Source: Nemertoderma westbladi
Taxonomy: Eukaryota; Animalia; Xenacoelomorpha
Reading direction: 5' to 3'
DNA: 64,000 bases
Assembly (NCBI GenBank): GCA_032718475.1
Contig: JAUCBJ010000486.1
Location: forward strand, 7,610 to 71,609
Shown: piece after piece, positions 62,265 to 64,000 of the stretch
Numbering within the stretch: the first letter of the stretch is position 1
Layout of the letters: each line of letters begins with the position of its first letter
Notes under the pieces: generated by a model
What the model saw: the letters and a program-made list of their open reading frames with translations, nothing else
The model's database searches: none
Told to the model about the DNA's origin: nothing
Program-made: the position numbers and the translations under genes

Positions 62265-64000
62265 TTTATCATTTATATACTGGTTTGTATTGCGGCCAGG
62301 ACACAAATATTAATTAGGGACACAAACATTATTGAGGGACGCAAACATTAATGAGGGACACAAAACATTAATAGGGCAGGGGTCCATGGTTGCCAATGGA
62401 TATTAATATGAGCGATGGTGATGCTTGCCATCAGACTATTAGATATTAAGTGATTAACTGGAAAAAATACTACCATGGGAACGTGAGTTTCGATCAAAGA
62501 ACCGCCGTTTTGTATACATTCCATCTTCCTAATTAGATGGATATTAATTGAAAGCGACGTTCGGTTACGTTTTTCAGCTGCCCTTTTCTGCTACCCCCCC
62601 CCCCCCCCCCCCATTCCTGTCTCCCCTCATGTTCATCTTTTTTTTACTCCTACTCCTTCCCTTTTTAGTAACAACATCGTTTATTGTTTTGGTTAGAAAA
62701 AACATCTCTGTAACCTGATCCTTTCCTTCAATTGGCAATAACATAGTTTATTGGCTTGGTCAGATTAATATGTTATTATTTATTGTTGTTATTTTATTGC
62801 TTGACAATTGAGAATTGTAATACTGTAATATATTGTATGTGTATGGGTGGTAACATGAATCATACTAAGTGCGAAGGGCGATAGTGCCCATGATTAATGT
62901 TTGTGCCCTTGATTGATATCTGTCCCTCGTTTATTGTTTGTGTCCCTCATTAATGTTTGTGTATCTCATTAATGTTTGTGTCCCTCATTAATGTTTGTGT
63001 CCCTCATTAATGTTTGTGTCTCATTAATGTTTGTGTCCCTCATTAATGTTTGTGCCCTCATTAATGTTTGTGTACCTCATTAATGTTTGTGTCCTCATTA
63101 ATGTTTGTGTCCCTCAATAATATTTGTGTACCTCATTAATGTTTGTGTCCCTCATTAATGTTTGTGTACCTCATTAATGTTTGTGTCCCTCATTAATGTT
63201 TGTGTCCCTCATTAATGTTTGTGTACCTCATTAATGTTTGTGTCCCTCATTAATGTTTGTGCCCTTGATTGATATCTGTCCCTCGTTTATTGTTTGTACA
63301 ATACAAACAATATTGCATACATGTAGGTTGTGCTTTATATAGTTTATTTACCGTACACTATGTGTTACTGCATTACGTATGTTGGTACCGGTACTGTTGT
63401 AGGCCTATTATTATATTATCATACAATCACATCTCAATTTTATAGGTATTTACAGAGTTATATCATATAGTACTGTAGTATTACTGTTTTAGGATTATTG
63501 ACAATGTTGGCCCTTAGCCATTGAAATATATTTTGTTACTTTTATAATTATATGCAATCAATATTTTAATATAATATAATAATCAACGAAACGAACAAAC
63601 TAACATTAATGAGGTACACAAATATTAATGAGGGACACAAACATTAATGAGGGACACAAACATTAATGAGGGACACAAACATTAATGAGGTACACAAATA
63701 TTAATGAGGGACACAAACATTAATGAGGGACACAAACATTAATGAGGGACACAAACATTAATGAGGGACACAAACATTAATGAGGGTACACAAACATTAA
63801 TGAGGGACACAAACATTAATGAGGGACACAAACATTAATGAGGGACGCAAACATTAATGAGGTACACAAACATTAATGAGGGACACAAACATTAATCGAG
63901 GGACACATATCATTCAATGAGGTACACAAACATTAATGAGGGACACAAACATTAATGAGGTACACAAATATTATTGAGGGACACAAACATTAATGAGGGA
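62265..64000. repeat. 19-bp minisatellite arrays in alternating orientation
   Basis: Unit CATTAATGAGGGACACAAA: forward ~62280-62375, reverse ~62890-63295, forward ~63600 to window end. Confidence 0.95.

Overview
AT-rich, transposon-dense eukaryotic (animal-like) DNA. Three recognisable host genes have uninterrupted ORFs: PAGR1/PA1-like (8438-9271, +), MO25/CAB39 (44636-45658, -) and EXOSC1/CSL4 (49855-50463, +). There is also an orphan SGNH-hydrolase ORF and one probable terminal exon. The centre is a triple nest: a decayed BEL/Pao LTR retrotransposon (9916-34739, -, TSD TAATC) is split by a very young, non-autonomous BEL/Pao-derived element (16323-30507, +, TSD TCTTC) that has an intact 1695-aa Gag-protease ORF but no RT or integrase, and this in turn carries a piggyBac remnant. 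Other repeats include a GC-rich Mag-like Gypsy element, an RTE-like LINE fragment, MITEs, 32-bp and 19-bp satellites and a Penelope-type hammerhead remnant. The main observation is that both BEL elements lack a tRNA primer-binding site. Instead, a 12-nt stretch at the PBS position of each is the exact reverse complement of a site inside its own LTR, suggesting Tf1-style self-primed reverse transcription in BEL/Pao. The outer BEL LTR also carries 4-5 copies of a sense-strand kink-turn-like hairpin with a UUCG loop. All calls were made by eye; no searches were run.
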